Positions 40,824 through 53,924 of a stretch of 64,000 nt of DNA are shown here, one piece after another. Numbering within the stretch: position 1 is the first letter of the stretch; each line of letters opens with the position of its first letter. The DNA is from Schizochytrium sp. TIO01 (Eukaryota; Protista; Bigyra: Labyrinthulomycetes). A model generated the notes under the pieces. It ran no database searches. It had not been told where the DNA came from and was given only the letters and a program-made list of their open reading frames with translations. The stretch covers positions 186,001 through 250,000 of the forward strand of contig SMSO01000004.1 of NCBI GenBank assembly GCA_004764695.1. The letters are read 5' to 3'. A program made the position numbers and the translations under genes.

Positions 40824-42509
40824 GAGATGCACGAAAAGATTAACACAAAATATCGACAGATGCCTGGCCTATCGAAAATATCTATCTAGGAATGTCTTCA
40901 ACCACGCCCGCGAATAAGGCCCTTGCACAGATTGATTTCCTTGGGTTTGCCTCTAGTGTCGCAGCGCTTGGATGAGGAAGAAAGTAACTTGGATTTAATA
41001 AATCGCGTGGAAAAACATTAAGTACCTAGGTACATAGATACTTAAAGTGTCTCCTGTTACTTTGATTAAAGTATGCAATGCATTGCAATTACGTAGACAC
41101 CGTCAGTCGTAGATCAATTCGGAGCGCACACGGCCTCGTCATCTGCGAGATTCAGAATAAACTTGGAAAAAGAACTAAATGCCTGTGCTGCTAGAGATGA
41201 TCTTAAGGAAAGGGCGAAAGAACTTTGGCTAAATTTGAGGAAGTTTACATGAAACTGTCCCAGAAATATAGCGACCTAAAGGACATTTTCGTTTGGAGTG
41301 ATCCTGGAGGTGCAATAAAGCTCATGGGCGTTTATAGACTTGAAGAGAGATTCTACATGTATAGATAGAGAGCAGGGTATCGATCGACGGTCTGCGAGGA
41401 TCACTTGCTACCCTGGAGATGTGCTCATTTTGGATATACTATTGCGTGAACGGTTCTGGAGCAAACCAAAATAAACAAGTCTTCACAAATAGCTGAAAAA
41501 GGAATCGATTGAGATACTCCAGCTCGATTAGTCTTTAACTCTCTATTCCTCGTCCATGATCCAATTATTATACGATTCTATTAGCTATTACCTTTTAAAG
41601 TTCAGAGTTTCCCCAGCAAATTCTTGAAGTTGAGGAACCTAAAGATCATGCTCGTTGCTGTACCCTCCAGCTCCACATCTTTTCAACCTTGATGTAGTCC
41701 ACATTCGACAAAGTGAGTCATAATATCTCCCAGCCTTCCTAACGCAAGCAGCACAATTTCTATGCTCATCAGAATCCCCTCTCGTAAAAATTCCAGACAC
41801 CATAATTCTAAAAAAAGCACCCAAAACTTGAAGTTGAATTAATTATCTATGGTAGAGATGTGCCAGGTGTTCCCATATACCGCACCGTTTTCCTTAACAG
41901 ACCCTAATGCCTTCAACACTGGATGTATTTTATTACCCATACGTCTAAAAAGGCTAAACTATGTGTAAAAATACACATAGTTGTTGTCCTAAAAAGGTTT
42001 CTTTCGATGTTTTCCTTTCTTCTCAACGGCCGAGACTCCTTCAGGTTGCTTCGCCGCATCAGCAAAGACAGTTCGCGATTGCAAAGACCATCCTAGGACG
42101 CTTGGCGGCGTGCTGTCACTGTGGTAAGTAATCACATGCTGCTACTTCTGTGCTGATTCTGCGCCGCTGACTTTCCTGCCCCCGGAATCGTCGACGGCTT
42201 CATCATCTTCGTTGTGGCCACTCGTGGGCTTGCCACATTCGCTGCTTTTGAATAATAGAAAGAAAACTAACTCAGCTTAACTTAACTTGACGCACCCATC
42301 GGTGGATGGACTCTCGGGTGGTATTTCATCTCGGGCTGCTTTGCTTTGGTAATTTCCCTCACAGCTTAGTCTTTCTGCGACCTCTAATTTTAGATTGAGG
42401 AGACCGAAATCTGGTTTTGTTGTTAGCTTATTTTGCGATTGCATCTAGCGATCTGTACATCTAGCAATTTGCGATTTGTTGCTCTACATTTGGTGTTCAA
42501 AGGAGTTAA

Positions 42510-43958
<1,449 letters not shown>

Positions 43959-45224
43959 AGGACATAGCTACTCCTTCATATTTCACTTTTTCTTTCCTTC
44001 ATTCCCTAGTCACCATAAGCACAATCTCGAATCCACTTATCTACCAAACCGATCCAACATATCAACACTCTAGTTTCTCACGAAGAATAAAAAATACTCA
44101 CTCAAACCATTTAACGATTTGCATTACATTCAACCATGCATTATTTATGTTACGGAGTAGACCTCCATTTCTCAAAACGCACTATTGAGGGATGTAGGTA
44201 TTCTCTTTCAATTAAAAGCCTAATATGTCTGATTCCGCTATTGATGTCTTGAAGATGATTTCACGCCTCGAATAACTAAAAATGCTAGCTGCAGCATGGT
44301 AATCCATTACAATCTATTTATTATTGAATTAATGTGAAATTTAACCATAGTTAATCCTCTGACTAGTGATAATGCTTGTGAAAATCCATCCTAATGATCT
44401 AGCAGGACGAACTCGACCCAAATAAAAATTTGCCTGATTTCAAGTCATTGCTTCATGGGAGGTAGGGCCTTTTATCTTCCCCCTATCTTTGTGATTGGTA
44501 AAGCTTCAGATGTTTGTGTTATTCCTGGTTCCTACTTTGTGATTGCAGAGACACCAACTGAAGGGACATGTGTACAAGACACTAGCAGAGTCCTTCGTAC
44601 TCTAAACTATAAGGAGTTGTATACGATAGAAACTATACTTTTTAGGTGCATTGGGGTGAGTTTAAGGGACCACTACTTATCAAGCAGCCAAAAAAAAGAG
44701 AAGGTTTTCAACTTCAAAAGCTCTTACAATTCAGAGATTTCGGCTCTTGAAACTAAGGAGAATCCTTCACATCCTCGAAGAGTATCTTCCCTTAACGCCT
44801 ATGAAAGATTTTTCCACTGGAGTTTTTATTCGGTGTTTGCTGTCTACATTTTTCGCATTGCGAGCTAAAATAGACTTGCCAGTATTGCTAGCATGTCTAA
44901 GTCTTCGAACAACGATTGCAAGGAGACAATGTCAAACACTATTTCTTCACAAAATGTTGCCAAGGGCACTCTGGGTTCTCGTCGACTAGGAAAGAATAGG
45001 CGCTATATACATACAACATATAAAATCATTTGAAGAAGATATCGTACTTGGCAGAGAGATGTCCCATTTGATTATGAGGGTAAAACATCAAAGACGATAC
45101 GCGTAGGGATCTTTGAAACTTTACACCAGCGAGTCATTTTCGTTCATTCTACGTGACCGTACATACAATTTACTAAAAAACATCTACACGCCCTCGTTGT
45201 ACTCTTCCCGCTACTCCATCTAAT

Positions 45225-46031
45225 TCAGGTCGCAGGCCGCACGATAGCAGCCACTGCAGCAGCTGCAGGTATGATGTCATCATTGGGGTTTTCAATGACA
45301 AGGTTCGCTTTTTTCTCTGGGTTTGCCGCGATGATCTCCCGCATGTTAAGCTCATCACTGGCACGTACGCGCTCCATTGTCCTTTCTAGAGTCCAACCAA
45401 AAGCCGCTGCATTTCGCACAGCCGTCCTATGCACGGCTGTTTCCACGTCCACCTTCACGTACCACGTCTCGTCAAAGAGCGCACCAATCCGAGGCCAGAC
45501 CTCTGGGCTATCTAGCAGCAAGTAGTTACCCTCCACCAGGACGATGCGGTCTTGGCGAGGATCCACTGATATTGCTCCCTCACTTGGATCGCCAATTTCA
45601 TGAGACCAAGCTGGAAAGAGGTGCACTTTCCCAGGTTCATGCGCAAGAGCCTCAAGGTCTCCGAGGAGTTTGCAAGCGTCAAATGTGAAGGCTGCACCAC
45701 GTCTGAAATGGGCCTGTGCAGGATCCGGAAAAGTGTCAAGTTGGGCTTTGGAGAAATGATAACCATCCATGGGCAGGCACGTGGCGCCAACGCCAAGCTC
45801 TTCTCGAATCATCTTCGCACAAAGCGTTGCTAGTGTTGATTTTCCAGCGCCCGGAACGCCAGCAATTCCCACAAGGTAGGGTCTCAGAGTGCCAACCTTC
45901 CCACCTTCCGAACCTTCGCTAGTATCTGCCTCTCCATGTTGATTGTGACGCTCCTCGAGAGCGGCCTCCTCCCAGCCCCGGGCGCGAGCACATACGCCCT
46001 TGGCTACGCTGCGAATCTTGTCGATATCCAT
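45225..46031 (-). CDS. P-loop kinase, uridine/pantothenate-kinase-like (YFH7/YggC family)
   Basis: VGIAGVPGAGKST, LPMDGYH, RRGAAFTFD, GDP and IVLVEGNYLLL; ATG 46031. Confidence 0.88.
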   Translation of the reverse strand: MDIDKIRSVAKGVCARARGWEEAALEERHNQHGEADTSEGSEGGKVGTLRPYLVGIAGVPGAGKSTLATLCAKMIREELGVGATCLPMDGYHFSKAQLDTFPDPAQAHFRRGAAFTFDACKLLGDLEALAHEPGKVHLFPAWSHEIGDPSEGAISVDPRQDRIVLVEGNYLLLDSPEVWPRIGALFDETWYVKVDVETAVHRTAVRNAAAFGWTLERTMERVRASDELNMREIIAANPEKKANLVIENPNDDIIPAAAAVAAIVRPAT

Positions 46032-47503
46032 GGCGTGAGCTTCCTGCGTGCACCCGAAAGGCAACGCAACAGGCGTGGCTTTCGTGAATCCGGAACTGGT
46101 TTTAGTATAAACTTGGAAAATCTGGCCATAATAGAGTTCTTGGTGTGGAAAATCTTAGGTAATGACCATTATATTGCCAAGTAAAAGAACTCGATGTAGG
46201 CCCACGAATGAGGCTCAAGTAACCCAGTAGCAGCAGGCGAAAGGCATTGTGAATCTAAAAGTTGTTGTGCCTCGCTAGGAATGAGCAGCATATCGATGAT
46301 TGACTTGCCATGGCATTTATATCTTTGATAGCGTTCATGAGTTGAGGTCAAGATTCGTTGGATTGTTTGAAATTCCGGTGTAAGGTCGAGCCGGATAAAC
46401 TGAGAAACCCAAGAGCTGTGATCGGGGCGAAAAAGACATAGGCATACTTTGTCGCGATGTTCATGGCTGCGTTAAAAGAGGTTGATTCTATGTTTCGCTT
46501 CCTCCTGAGTATGAAGGTTAAGTATGCCATCTTCAACATCTTCAAAGATCAAATTTGACTGAGAGATCACAGGTTCTTAAAGTCAATGCAAAATGGGAAT
46601 ATCTTTTGCTCTTGATCAAGTATGTTGTACGCTATCCATTTGTACGCCTGGCTTTAATTTCATCGCACATTACGCTCTTGAGAAGTTCCCTTTTTGCAAA
46701 AAAAGAAAAAGAAAAAGAAAAAGACCAAAGATTTCTTGCGAAAGCTTCGAATAGCTTGCAGAATTTGTCTTTACAAGCAGACATCACGAACCAATCTCTT
46801 GAAACTGATTCTATCCTAAAGCTACCCTAGTGTTGCTATACAAAGGACAAGGATGTTGAACTCAGCTTGCTTTTAAATGACAATCACAGATTATACCGAG
46901 AACACAAAGCTATTCGATCATAAACATGAAAGATCTATTACAATTCGACTGTGGATCTTCATTTTCGAGCTCTAGTAATTAGCTAATATACATGCCTTAC
47001 AATCTTGGTGAACTAAATTTCGTTGCGTACTTACAATCTACACATGAAAAAAATATGACGTCTAGTTACCTTCTCCCACATGTTGAGTAGATAAGAGCTG
47101 CCGTTGGAGCAAAGATAACAAATAGCGAAACGCTGCGTTGATTTGCCTAGCCTTTAATATTCACCCTGTATCCACAAAACGACATCATATCATTTCCCTT
47201 GGACTGTGCATGCATGCCTAAGAACGAATTTTGTATTGCGTCTCCCGACAATAACAATTAAAAGCAGTCCCTAAGAAGGTCATGATTGATGATGAAAAAA
47301 ATAAAATAAAAAGACACGTAAGCAGTCAAAGAGTCCGTCATAGCAAATTAAACCCACCAAACACCGAATCTTTGCTGCCTCGGGCGTAGCTTGGGCTGCT
47401 TGTCCCGAGTTTGGCTGCACCTTTATCTTCTGGATTGTTTTTGAGTGCTTATTCTTCTTCTATCTTTGATTTGTCAACCTCTTCTAGGTGTGCCGCCGCG
47501 GCC

Positions 47504-49369
47504 ATGAACTTGCTGGCTCCGGCATGGCGCTTGCTCATGGCTTGCGTGCCTTCGTTCTACACTCGTCTCCACCGCGGTCATTTTGTGAAGGCACTTCGAT
47601 TCCTTGTGGAGCTTCTAGTGGCGTACGAAATTACGCGATGCTTGTGTTTCGTGGCGAGGTATCAGGATATTTTCGCAGAGCTGGAGCTGACTTCATGCAT
47701 CGAGGAGACCGTTTCCACATTCCCTTCAGACCTCCAAATCCAAGTCCGCAGCGGACGATTTTACTTCACACAGGCATCTCCCATAATTCTTGACGTGCCT
47801 CGATGCGTTGGGGACGGTATTTCACTCTTCGCATCGTACATGAGCCACGGTGCTGTATTTCCGGAGGAGATTTGGACAATGGTGGCCCCAATCGTGGTCC
47901 TCTTTGACCGCGATGACTACTTTGGCTCTGCTCTCGAGCACGTCTCGGTTCCAAGAATCTTTGAGGCAATCCAAAAGCAGGGCCTCATTGTCAACAATGC
48001 AGACGGAATGGATGAGGACTATCTTGGCAACATGATCCTCGCAGATTATGAGGCAGTGTTTCTCACCATTGGTCGTAGTGAAGCTTACTTGCTCGACATC
48101 GTTCCAGTAACCGCGCTTGTCGAATCTGCCCTTTATGCCATAAGCGAAGATTACACCTCCAGTAATGACGGCGGTTTGAATCCTGCTATCATAAAGGTTT
48201 CTCGACGAAGTCTCCATACGGTGGCTCGTCAGCTTCAGGATCAACTGCAGGAGGACTTGTGGCTAAAGATTTTAGTCTATGGCCCCTTCTTCGCAGCGAC
48301 GATGATCTGTGGGTTTATTATTAGCCTCATCATGAGCTTTGACTTGCTAATAACCTCCACCATTATTTACGTTCTTGTGCGCAAGGGTATCGTGTCAGCC
48401 AGCTTCCGCTTCTGGACTGTGCGGCAGCACTTTCGTCCGATCATTGCGGATGAGGACAATTTGGATCAAGATTATAACTTCTCAGATCTCTCAGATGCCG
48501 ACGCCCAAGCTGAGCAGGGACTTTTAATCATGGAGTATAACGCTGCAGTTGCAGATAATATGGGTGCTGACGGGGTATTTGCAAACCTCTCTGATGCTTA
48601 CTTTGTCACTTTGGCTATTCACACGGCGACTTTGGCACTTTTGGTTGATGCAGTGTTCCCCTTTATGATTGGAAATGCTGTTGGTCTTGGAGCCATCGTG
48701 CACATGGTCCTTTCGCTAGTTGTTGTGCGCTATTTTGCGCTCCCAGGTGTTCTCATGGACCGATTTACGCTCCCTAGACTCCAAAGTCGACGTAGAGTAG
48801 CAGCACGCATTCGGAGTCAGCAAGCTGCTGCTTCTTCTGCTACGGTAGAAAACGCTTCGGCTGCAGCAGCCGCCGCAGCCGCTGCAGCATATTCATTTGT
48901 TCCTCGCGAGCGCCTGATCCGTGATGGCTGGTCTCATTACCGGCTTGCTCAAGGAAGGATTGAGGAAACCCTGCGCTCACCCGCACTGTCGTTAAATACA
49001 AAGCTTGCAACGGTCATTGCAACAATGCAAAATCTTCGAAAAAATGTCTTGGAGAGCAAGGTTCATATTTTACATTCATGGTCATCGCTGAATGGATCAC
49101 GTGATCCAATTGGAGGGCCAGGTTTTGTCTATGGGCTCTCGTTCACCAGTGGCGCTTGGATACTACTCGGGTGGTATGATCATCCATGCAGTGAACGTGG
49201 AATTAAGGCATTAACTACATATCCGGGATTGGTTCACATTTCTGATAAGGAAATCCCAGACTCGCTGCTCCCCAGCGAGGAAGAGATTGGTTGCTTATCG
49301 TCTACTCTTCATGATCTAAAGCAGCAGCTTCATAAGCTTGTTGATGCTCCTTCCCAGTTCACATCATAA
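47504..49369 (+). CDS. Multi-pass membrane protein, N-terminal part DUF1189-like
   Basis: Long ORF with one N-terminal TM, a soluble loop beginning FPSDLQIQVRSGRFYF, further TMs (GPFFAATMICGFIISLIM; LAIHTATLALLVDAVF) and a poly-Ala run. Confidence 0.6.
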   Translation: MNLLAPAWRLLMACVPSFYTRLHRGHFVKALRFLVELLVAYEITRCLCFVARYQDIFAELELTSCIEETVSTFPSDLQIQVRSGRFYFTQASPIILDVPRCVGDGISLFASYMSHGAVFPEEIWTMVAPIVVLFDRDDYFGSALEHVSVPRIFEAIQKQGLIVNNADGMDEDYLGNMILADYEAVFLTIGRSEAYLLDIVPVTALVESALYAISEDYTSSNDGGLNPAIIKVSRRSLHTVARQLQDQLQEDLWLKILVYGPFFAATMICGFIISLIMSFDLLITSTIIYVLVRKGIVSASFRFWTVRQHFRPIIADEDNLDQDYNFSDLSDADAQAEQGLLIMEYNAAVADNMGADGVFANLSDAYFVTLAIHTATLALLVDAVFPFMIGNAVGLGAIVHMVLSLVVVRYFALPGVLMDRFTLPRLQSRRRVAARIRSQQAAASSATVENASAAAAAAAAAAYSFVPRERLIRDGWSHYRLAQGRIEETLRSPALSLNTKLATVIATMQNLRKNVLESKVHILHSWSSLNGSRDPIGGPGFVYGLSFTSGAWILLGWYDHPCSERGIKALTTYPGLVHISDKEIPDSLLPSEEEIGCLSSTLHDLKQQLHKLVDAPSQFTS

Positions 49370-49769
49370 TAAGCGGCCCACTGTTACATGATAGTTCTTT
49401 TTCTTATTAACCTTGTTACATTCCACGTGTTGACGTATGTATCAAGCATTCAGTTTTTGTATTCTTCAACGCAACAAAGTACCTTCCAAGAACTGGAGAG
49501 AATCACATCTATTGAATCTCTCTTTTATAATTTCTTTGTTTCCCTTATTATTCCGTGTAAATTGTGTGTTTTCTTAACTTACAAGGATGTTTTTTCTATT
49601 ATCATATGTTATGAAACGATTCGAAAGTACCCAGGCAGATTCAGCGAGTCTGAATTTCACAATTATCAAAGAAAAACTCTCGACGTCAATCTTAATTATT
49701 ATCTATCTGTACATTGAACAGGGCCAAGCGTGTTTATAATAAAATAGAACTAATTTATTCGGTTGAATA

Positions 49770-52283
49770 TTATTTGCCTAGCGCGAGATTGTCTTCGAGC
49801 GTGGTGTCAAGCTCGTACCCATAGTGCTGAGCTAGATTAAAAACCTCAGTTGCGATGTTCGCGTCCATCTCATGAAGTTCTGTCCAAGTTACATCAGGAA
49901 GTCTTTGCTTTTCTTTATCAGGTGAGGTATGGAATTTTGCTCGCGGCATGGAACGTGGAAGTGCAGTTGTATCAATTCCCTCAAGACGTAAAGCTTTCAC
50001 AAGCACCGCAGGGTCAACGTCTTCAAGACGCACATGAGTGTTGCTTGGGTAATTATGTTCGATAAGCTTGTTCCACTCAAGCCAATAAATTGCTGAGCGC
50101 TCAAGACTTTCAAATGGTAGGTCTGGTGACATACGGGGAAGAAACTTCTGTGCAAACACCCAACTTCTTTCGTCATTCTTTGCGCCACGTGCGAGCGACC
50201 GATCACCCTTCCCGCAGAAGCATCTGCGAGTACTGCTCATCACTTTTAGTGGATGCCGCGTCAAGTGTACAACAGGGCTAAACATGGGTTTATCTGCCGG
50301 AATCATGGCCCTGATCTTCTTTCGCAAGATGTTTGAAGATTTGAACTCGAAAGGATATAATGATGTCTCAACAGCGTATAACCAGGACACACTTACATGC
50401 GCTGTTTGAACTTGCTCATGCACTGCACTAACGCCTATCGAGCGAAGGTACTCCATGAGAGATAAGGTACCACTGCGACCACAGCCAGTGATGAGAGGGA
50501 TTTGACTAGACGAATCAACAGGAATAACCTGCGGAGTCATCGCCAGCGTGTCGGACTGCGTCACACTTGTCCTAGAAGATGGGTGTGTAGTAGTAGTAGT
50601 AGTAGTAGTAGATTCACTCTGGGCAGGGCTAGAGGAAATGGAGGGTACACCAATGGGGTTCCCTAAAGATTTCACAGTCGTCATCGGGTTCGTACGTTTC
50701 GTAAAAGTTGATCGAGATGAGGTTGGCAAGGCTGACTTTGCTTTGGCACAAGTTGATTCCAAATCATGTGTTTGCCCAGTATCACTTGAGTACTTTGAGA
50801 GGATCGTACAATCTACCTTGGCAGCAATGTTGGTCCAATATGCACGACGCCACACAAGCAACTCCTGTTGGATGGCGTCTGCCTTCGGCAAAATTTGTGT
50901 CATTGTCTCTTCAAGCTCGCTCCAATCATTCAAAACGACAATGGGGGCTCCACTGTCAAGCAGCGGCTTGAAAGCGTCCTGGCAAGGATGAGCATTGTAT
51001 TCTTCATCTCGTACTAAGATTGGGATTGAACCACTATCAATCGCTTCAAAGATACGAAAGGCTTCTGGATTGGTTCCAGCAGGGCACAAAGTGAACGTTG
51101 AATCAAGAACAGCAGCCCTGTATTCTTGTGGAGATACGTAACTTTGAGTCATGGCATCCTTCTTCCAGGCCGGGGCTACGTTGACAAATCCTCGAGAAAG
51201 AATTCCCGTTGCTTTAGCTCCGTCCTCGAGAATCTTAGCAAGTACCCTTCGAGAATTACTTGTCAAAGCTCCGGCAAAGTTGAAAACGTACTTGCGACTA
51301 CTCGGTGGCCTGATTTCGCTGGCGGTGACAGCTTGGAATTCAAATCGTGAACCAAGCGGCAGATAGTCCGACGTAAATTTATTTGTGTAGTACTGGCGCA
51401 TTGGCACGGCAGGAGTTTGGCCTCCACACAAAGACAGGAGGCACTTGCAATATTCATCCCCTACAACAAATGTTGTCTGTCCTGGTGTGGCTACAGTACG
51501 TGGAGTGAGTCCCTTCTGAAAAGCTAGATTCAGACGTGGCCACTGCGGCTGACATGGCTCCGCAGGTGGCAAAGAGGTGGAGCTGATTGCACCGCTTGTG
51601 ATATATTGATCTAGTTGATCCCGAAGCATGGGTGCCATAACAAATTCGAGTTTGCTGCCAAACTCTCGTAGACCATTGCGCACAAACAAGGAGGCGACAC
51701 GCGGATTGGGACCCTGCACGCAAACCTTGATAGATTCTGCCGTTTGGTCCATAGAATCCAAGTCGTCTACATTGATATGAAATCCTGAGCTATCTTCAAT
51801 CTCTTCCGTATCCACAATTTCCTTATCGAATTCCCCAATAGGTGCTTCCATAGGGTCCTCTCGCGGTTGATCATCTAGGTCCTCGTTGCTGTCTAGGTCA
51901 ACATCCTTTGCTTCAAGGTTTTCTGCGCCAAGATCATTCCCACGCTCCTGCGATTGACTGCCCTTCCAAAACTCTGAATTTATATCCTTTGACTTTGACG
52001 AATCTAGAGTGCTCAATGCTGAAGGAGAGCTTGAATTCTGCATCACAAGCCAGAACACGACCGCCAGAGCGGCTAGAATCATCAAGGCTTTTTTTCTGGA
52101 GGCTACCATCCCCAGTTGCTGTTGCGAGGAGACTGAGTTTCCAGGGTTTCTGTTTGAGTTCTTATCGTAGTCATAAATCTGATTCTCGGCATCTGGTCTC
52201 CTCGGGCTTTGTGAGCGGGGCCTCTCGTTTTCCGAAGAACCTGAATCAGAGTCTACTCGCCTGCGAGGTCTCAGGGAGGCCAT
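49770..52283 (-). CDS. Type II membrane GT47/exostosin (RXYLT1/TMEM5-like) glycosyltransferase fused to a PAPS-dependent sulfotransferase
   Basis: TM LMILAALAVVFWLVM; GT47 motifs LPLGSRFEF, RKYVFNFAG and STFTLCPAGTNPEAFRIFEA..GSIPI; Thr/Ser linker; 5'-PSB ITGCGRSGT and 3'-PB VHLTRHPLKVMSS. Confidence 0.85.
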   Translation of the reverse strand: MASLRPRRRVDSDSGSSENERPRSQSPRRPDAENQIYDYDKNSNRNPGNSVSSQQQLGMVASRKKALMILAALAVVFWLVMQNSSSPSALSTLDSSKSKDINSEFWKGSQSQERGNDLGAENLEAKDVDLDSNEDLDDQPREDPMEAPIGEFDKEIVDTEEIEDSSGFHINVDDLDSMDQTAESIKVCVQGPNPRVASLFVRNGLREFGSKLEFVMAPMLRDQLDQYITSGAISSTSLPPAEPCQPQWPRLNLAFQKGLTPRTVATPGQTTFVVGDEYCKCLLSLCGGQTPAVPMRQYYTNKFTSDYLPLGSRFEFQAVTASEIRPPSSRKYVFNFAGALTSNSRRVLAKILEDGAKATGILSRGFVNVAPAWKKDAMTQSYVSPQEYRAAVLDSTFTLCPAGTNPEAFRIFEAIDSGSIPILVRDEEYNAHPCQDAFKPLLDSGAPIVVLNDWSELEETMTQILPKADAIQQELLVWRRAYWTNIAAKVDCTILSKYSSDTGQTHDLESTCAKAKSALPTSSRSTFTKRTNPMTTVKSLGNPIGVPSISSSPAQSESTTTTTTTTHPSSRTSVTQSDTLAMTPQVIPVDSSSQIPLITGCGRSGTLSLMEYLRSIGVSAVHEQVQTAHVSVSWLYAVETSLYPFEFKSSNILRKKIRAMIPADKPMFSPVVHLTRHPLKVMSSTRRCFCGKGDRSLARGAKNDERSWVFAQKFLPRMSPDLPFESLERSAIYWLEWNKLIEHNYPSNTHVRLEDVDPAVLVKALRLEGIDTTALPRSMPRAKFHTSPDKEKQRLPDVTWTELHEMDANIATEVFNLAQHYGYELDTTLEDNLALGK

Positions 52284-52786
52284 GGTATTGGCCCACAGAG
52301 TTCTGCTTTCGGCCCAAAGCGAGCAGAAACCTCAGGTCTTCACAGACAGCCCTGCCCTAGTGTCCAAGCCTTCCACTTCGCCTCGAGCGAAGCGAATTTG
52401 AATGATAGTGCCTGCCAAAAACTTGAAGCTGCGTTCGCAATAGAGTCGATATTCGATCCAATGGCAAACTACAGAAAACCTAACTTTTTTATCATTCTTC
52501 TTGTTACCTGCACTACTACTTGAGGGCCTATGTAGGCGGCCACCTACTGTTTTGATTAAGTGAGAACAACCCAAAATCGATTCTCATGAACAATGGGAAT
52601 CATAACTTTCAAAGTTAAAAAACAACTTCTTGAATTTTTATTTTAACTACAACCATGTCTTAATTATGACTCCTGGCCCGGGTGATAGCTAGCATGCTAT
52701 TGAGGAAAAGTTGCGACCAAATCGCTAGTTTAAGGGTCTGAGGATACTACCGAGGCATCGTAGACATCATCGATTTGTAGGTGGCA

Positions 52787-53551
52787 ATGAGACATGCAGC
52801 TTCACTCCTCGTATTGGTATTCTTGGGCACACTCTGTGCGAGTTTGTCAGAAGATGCTGTGCTCGTTAAAGACGATGCAGTAAGAAGAGAAGAAGTTAGC
52901 TTGCAAGTTTTAGAGCCTGGGGTAGAGCTGCTGCGACAATCGTGTACCTGGGGTGCGACAAGGAGGTTTGCGATCGCTAAAAACCTTCCGGTAAATGCTG
53001 CATTTGAGGTACGTGTCTCGTACTTATCAACAACTCCAGCAGTCTTTGCATTTGATCTTCTTGACGATGCAGGTGAAGATGTTTCAGATCAACTTAAACA
53101 TATAGTACACAAAAGATTACACCAGAAGCAATCAGGGCACGAGAGCGAGAGCGAGAGCGAGGAAAAAACCGAACTTCGTCTCAGAAGAAGACAACTCAAT
53201 ACAGAGCGGTTTCGGATAATAACCGATGTCAATGGTTGTGTTGTGCGGGAAAGCAGTCCAGATGGCGTGGCACGAAAGCCAATTCTGGCAATTAGTGTGA
53301 TCCCGGAAGGGGTCTTAGCATTTGGGGCCCAACAAGAAGAGCATCTAGTCTTTAACATTGTTATGGACCGTTTATATATAATGAATTCAGTTCCAGAGAA
53401 GGCGCTAAGTATGATCATCTGGGGTGTAGTTTGTGTGACATTTGCGCTTGCGTGTTTGGCACCCTTCGTGCATAGACTGCTAACTACTCATCAGTATCAA
53501 ATTGATACTAGCATGGCTCCCAGCGTAAATAACGAAGCTAGAAAGCGATGA
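52787..53551 (+). CDS. Type I membrane protein with signal peptide (possibly Pga1-like)
   Basis: Signal peptide, NLPVNAAFEVRVSYLSTTPAVF, RRQLNTE, VFNIVMDRL...VP and a C-terminal TM; resembles the Pga1/plant uncharacterised ER family from memory. Confidence 0.6.
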   Translation: MRHAASLLVLVFLGTLCASLSEDAVLVKDDAVRREEVSLQVLEPGVELLRQSCTWGATRRFAIAKNLPVNAAFEVRVSYLSTTPAVFAFDLLDDAGEDVSDQLKHIVHKRLHQKQSGHESESESEEKTELRLRRRQLNTERFRIITDVNGCVVRESSPDGVARKPILAISVIPEGVLAFGAQQEEHLVFNIVMDRLYIMNSVPEKALSMIIWGVVCVTFALACLAPFVHRLLTTHQYQIDTSMAPSVNNEARKR

Positions 53552-53924
53552 AACTATACAATTAATTAATTGAAGGAGAAAGAATCAGGGTCTCAAAAAA
53601 TATCATTCCACTTTAACCGAGGTTCGGATCATATGTGTGAGATTAGGGATACTCAAATGAATTGATCCTCTCCGATAGTATTCTATACTAACCCTTTTCG
53701 TCGTTTTGCGATGCTAAAATCCTATGTTATTCAAGAGCATACATAAGTATTGGCCCACGGAATGGATCCTGCAAAGTTTGTTTGTTGTTCAGCGAGTTTG
53801 CTTAAGACTTGTTGAAGGGTTTCACAGCTGCCTTCTTTGACAGACAGATTTACTCGTGCCAATCTATTCGATAGTGTGCGCGCATGGTCCAACGTCTCAT
53901 TTACAAAGCCTCGATGTCAATTGA

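Noticed and set aside
41090-42250. Short coding-looking fragments upstream of RUVBL2
   Set aside because: Frames are interrupted by stops and no family is recognisable.
44455-44989. 137-aa and 80-aa ORFs
   Set aside because: AT-rich with no recognisable motifs; probably chance ORFs.
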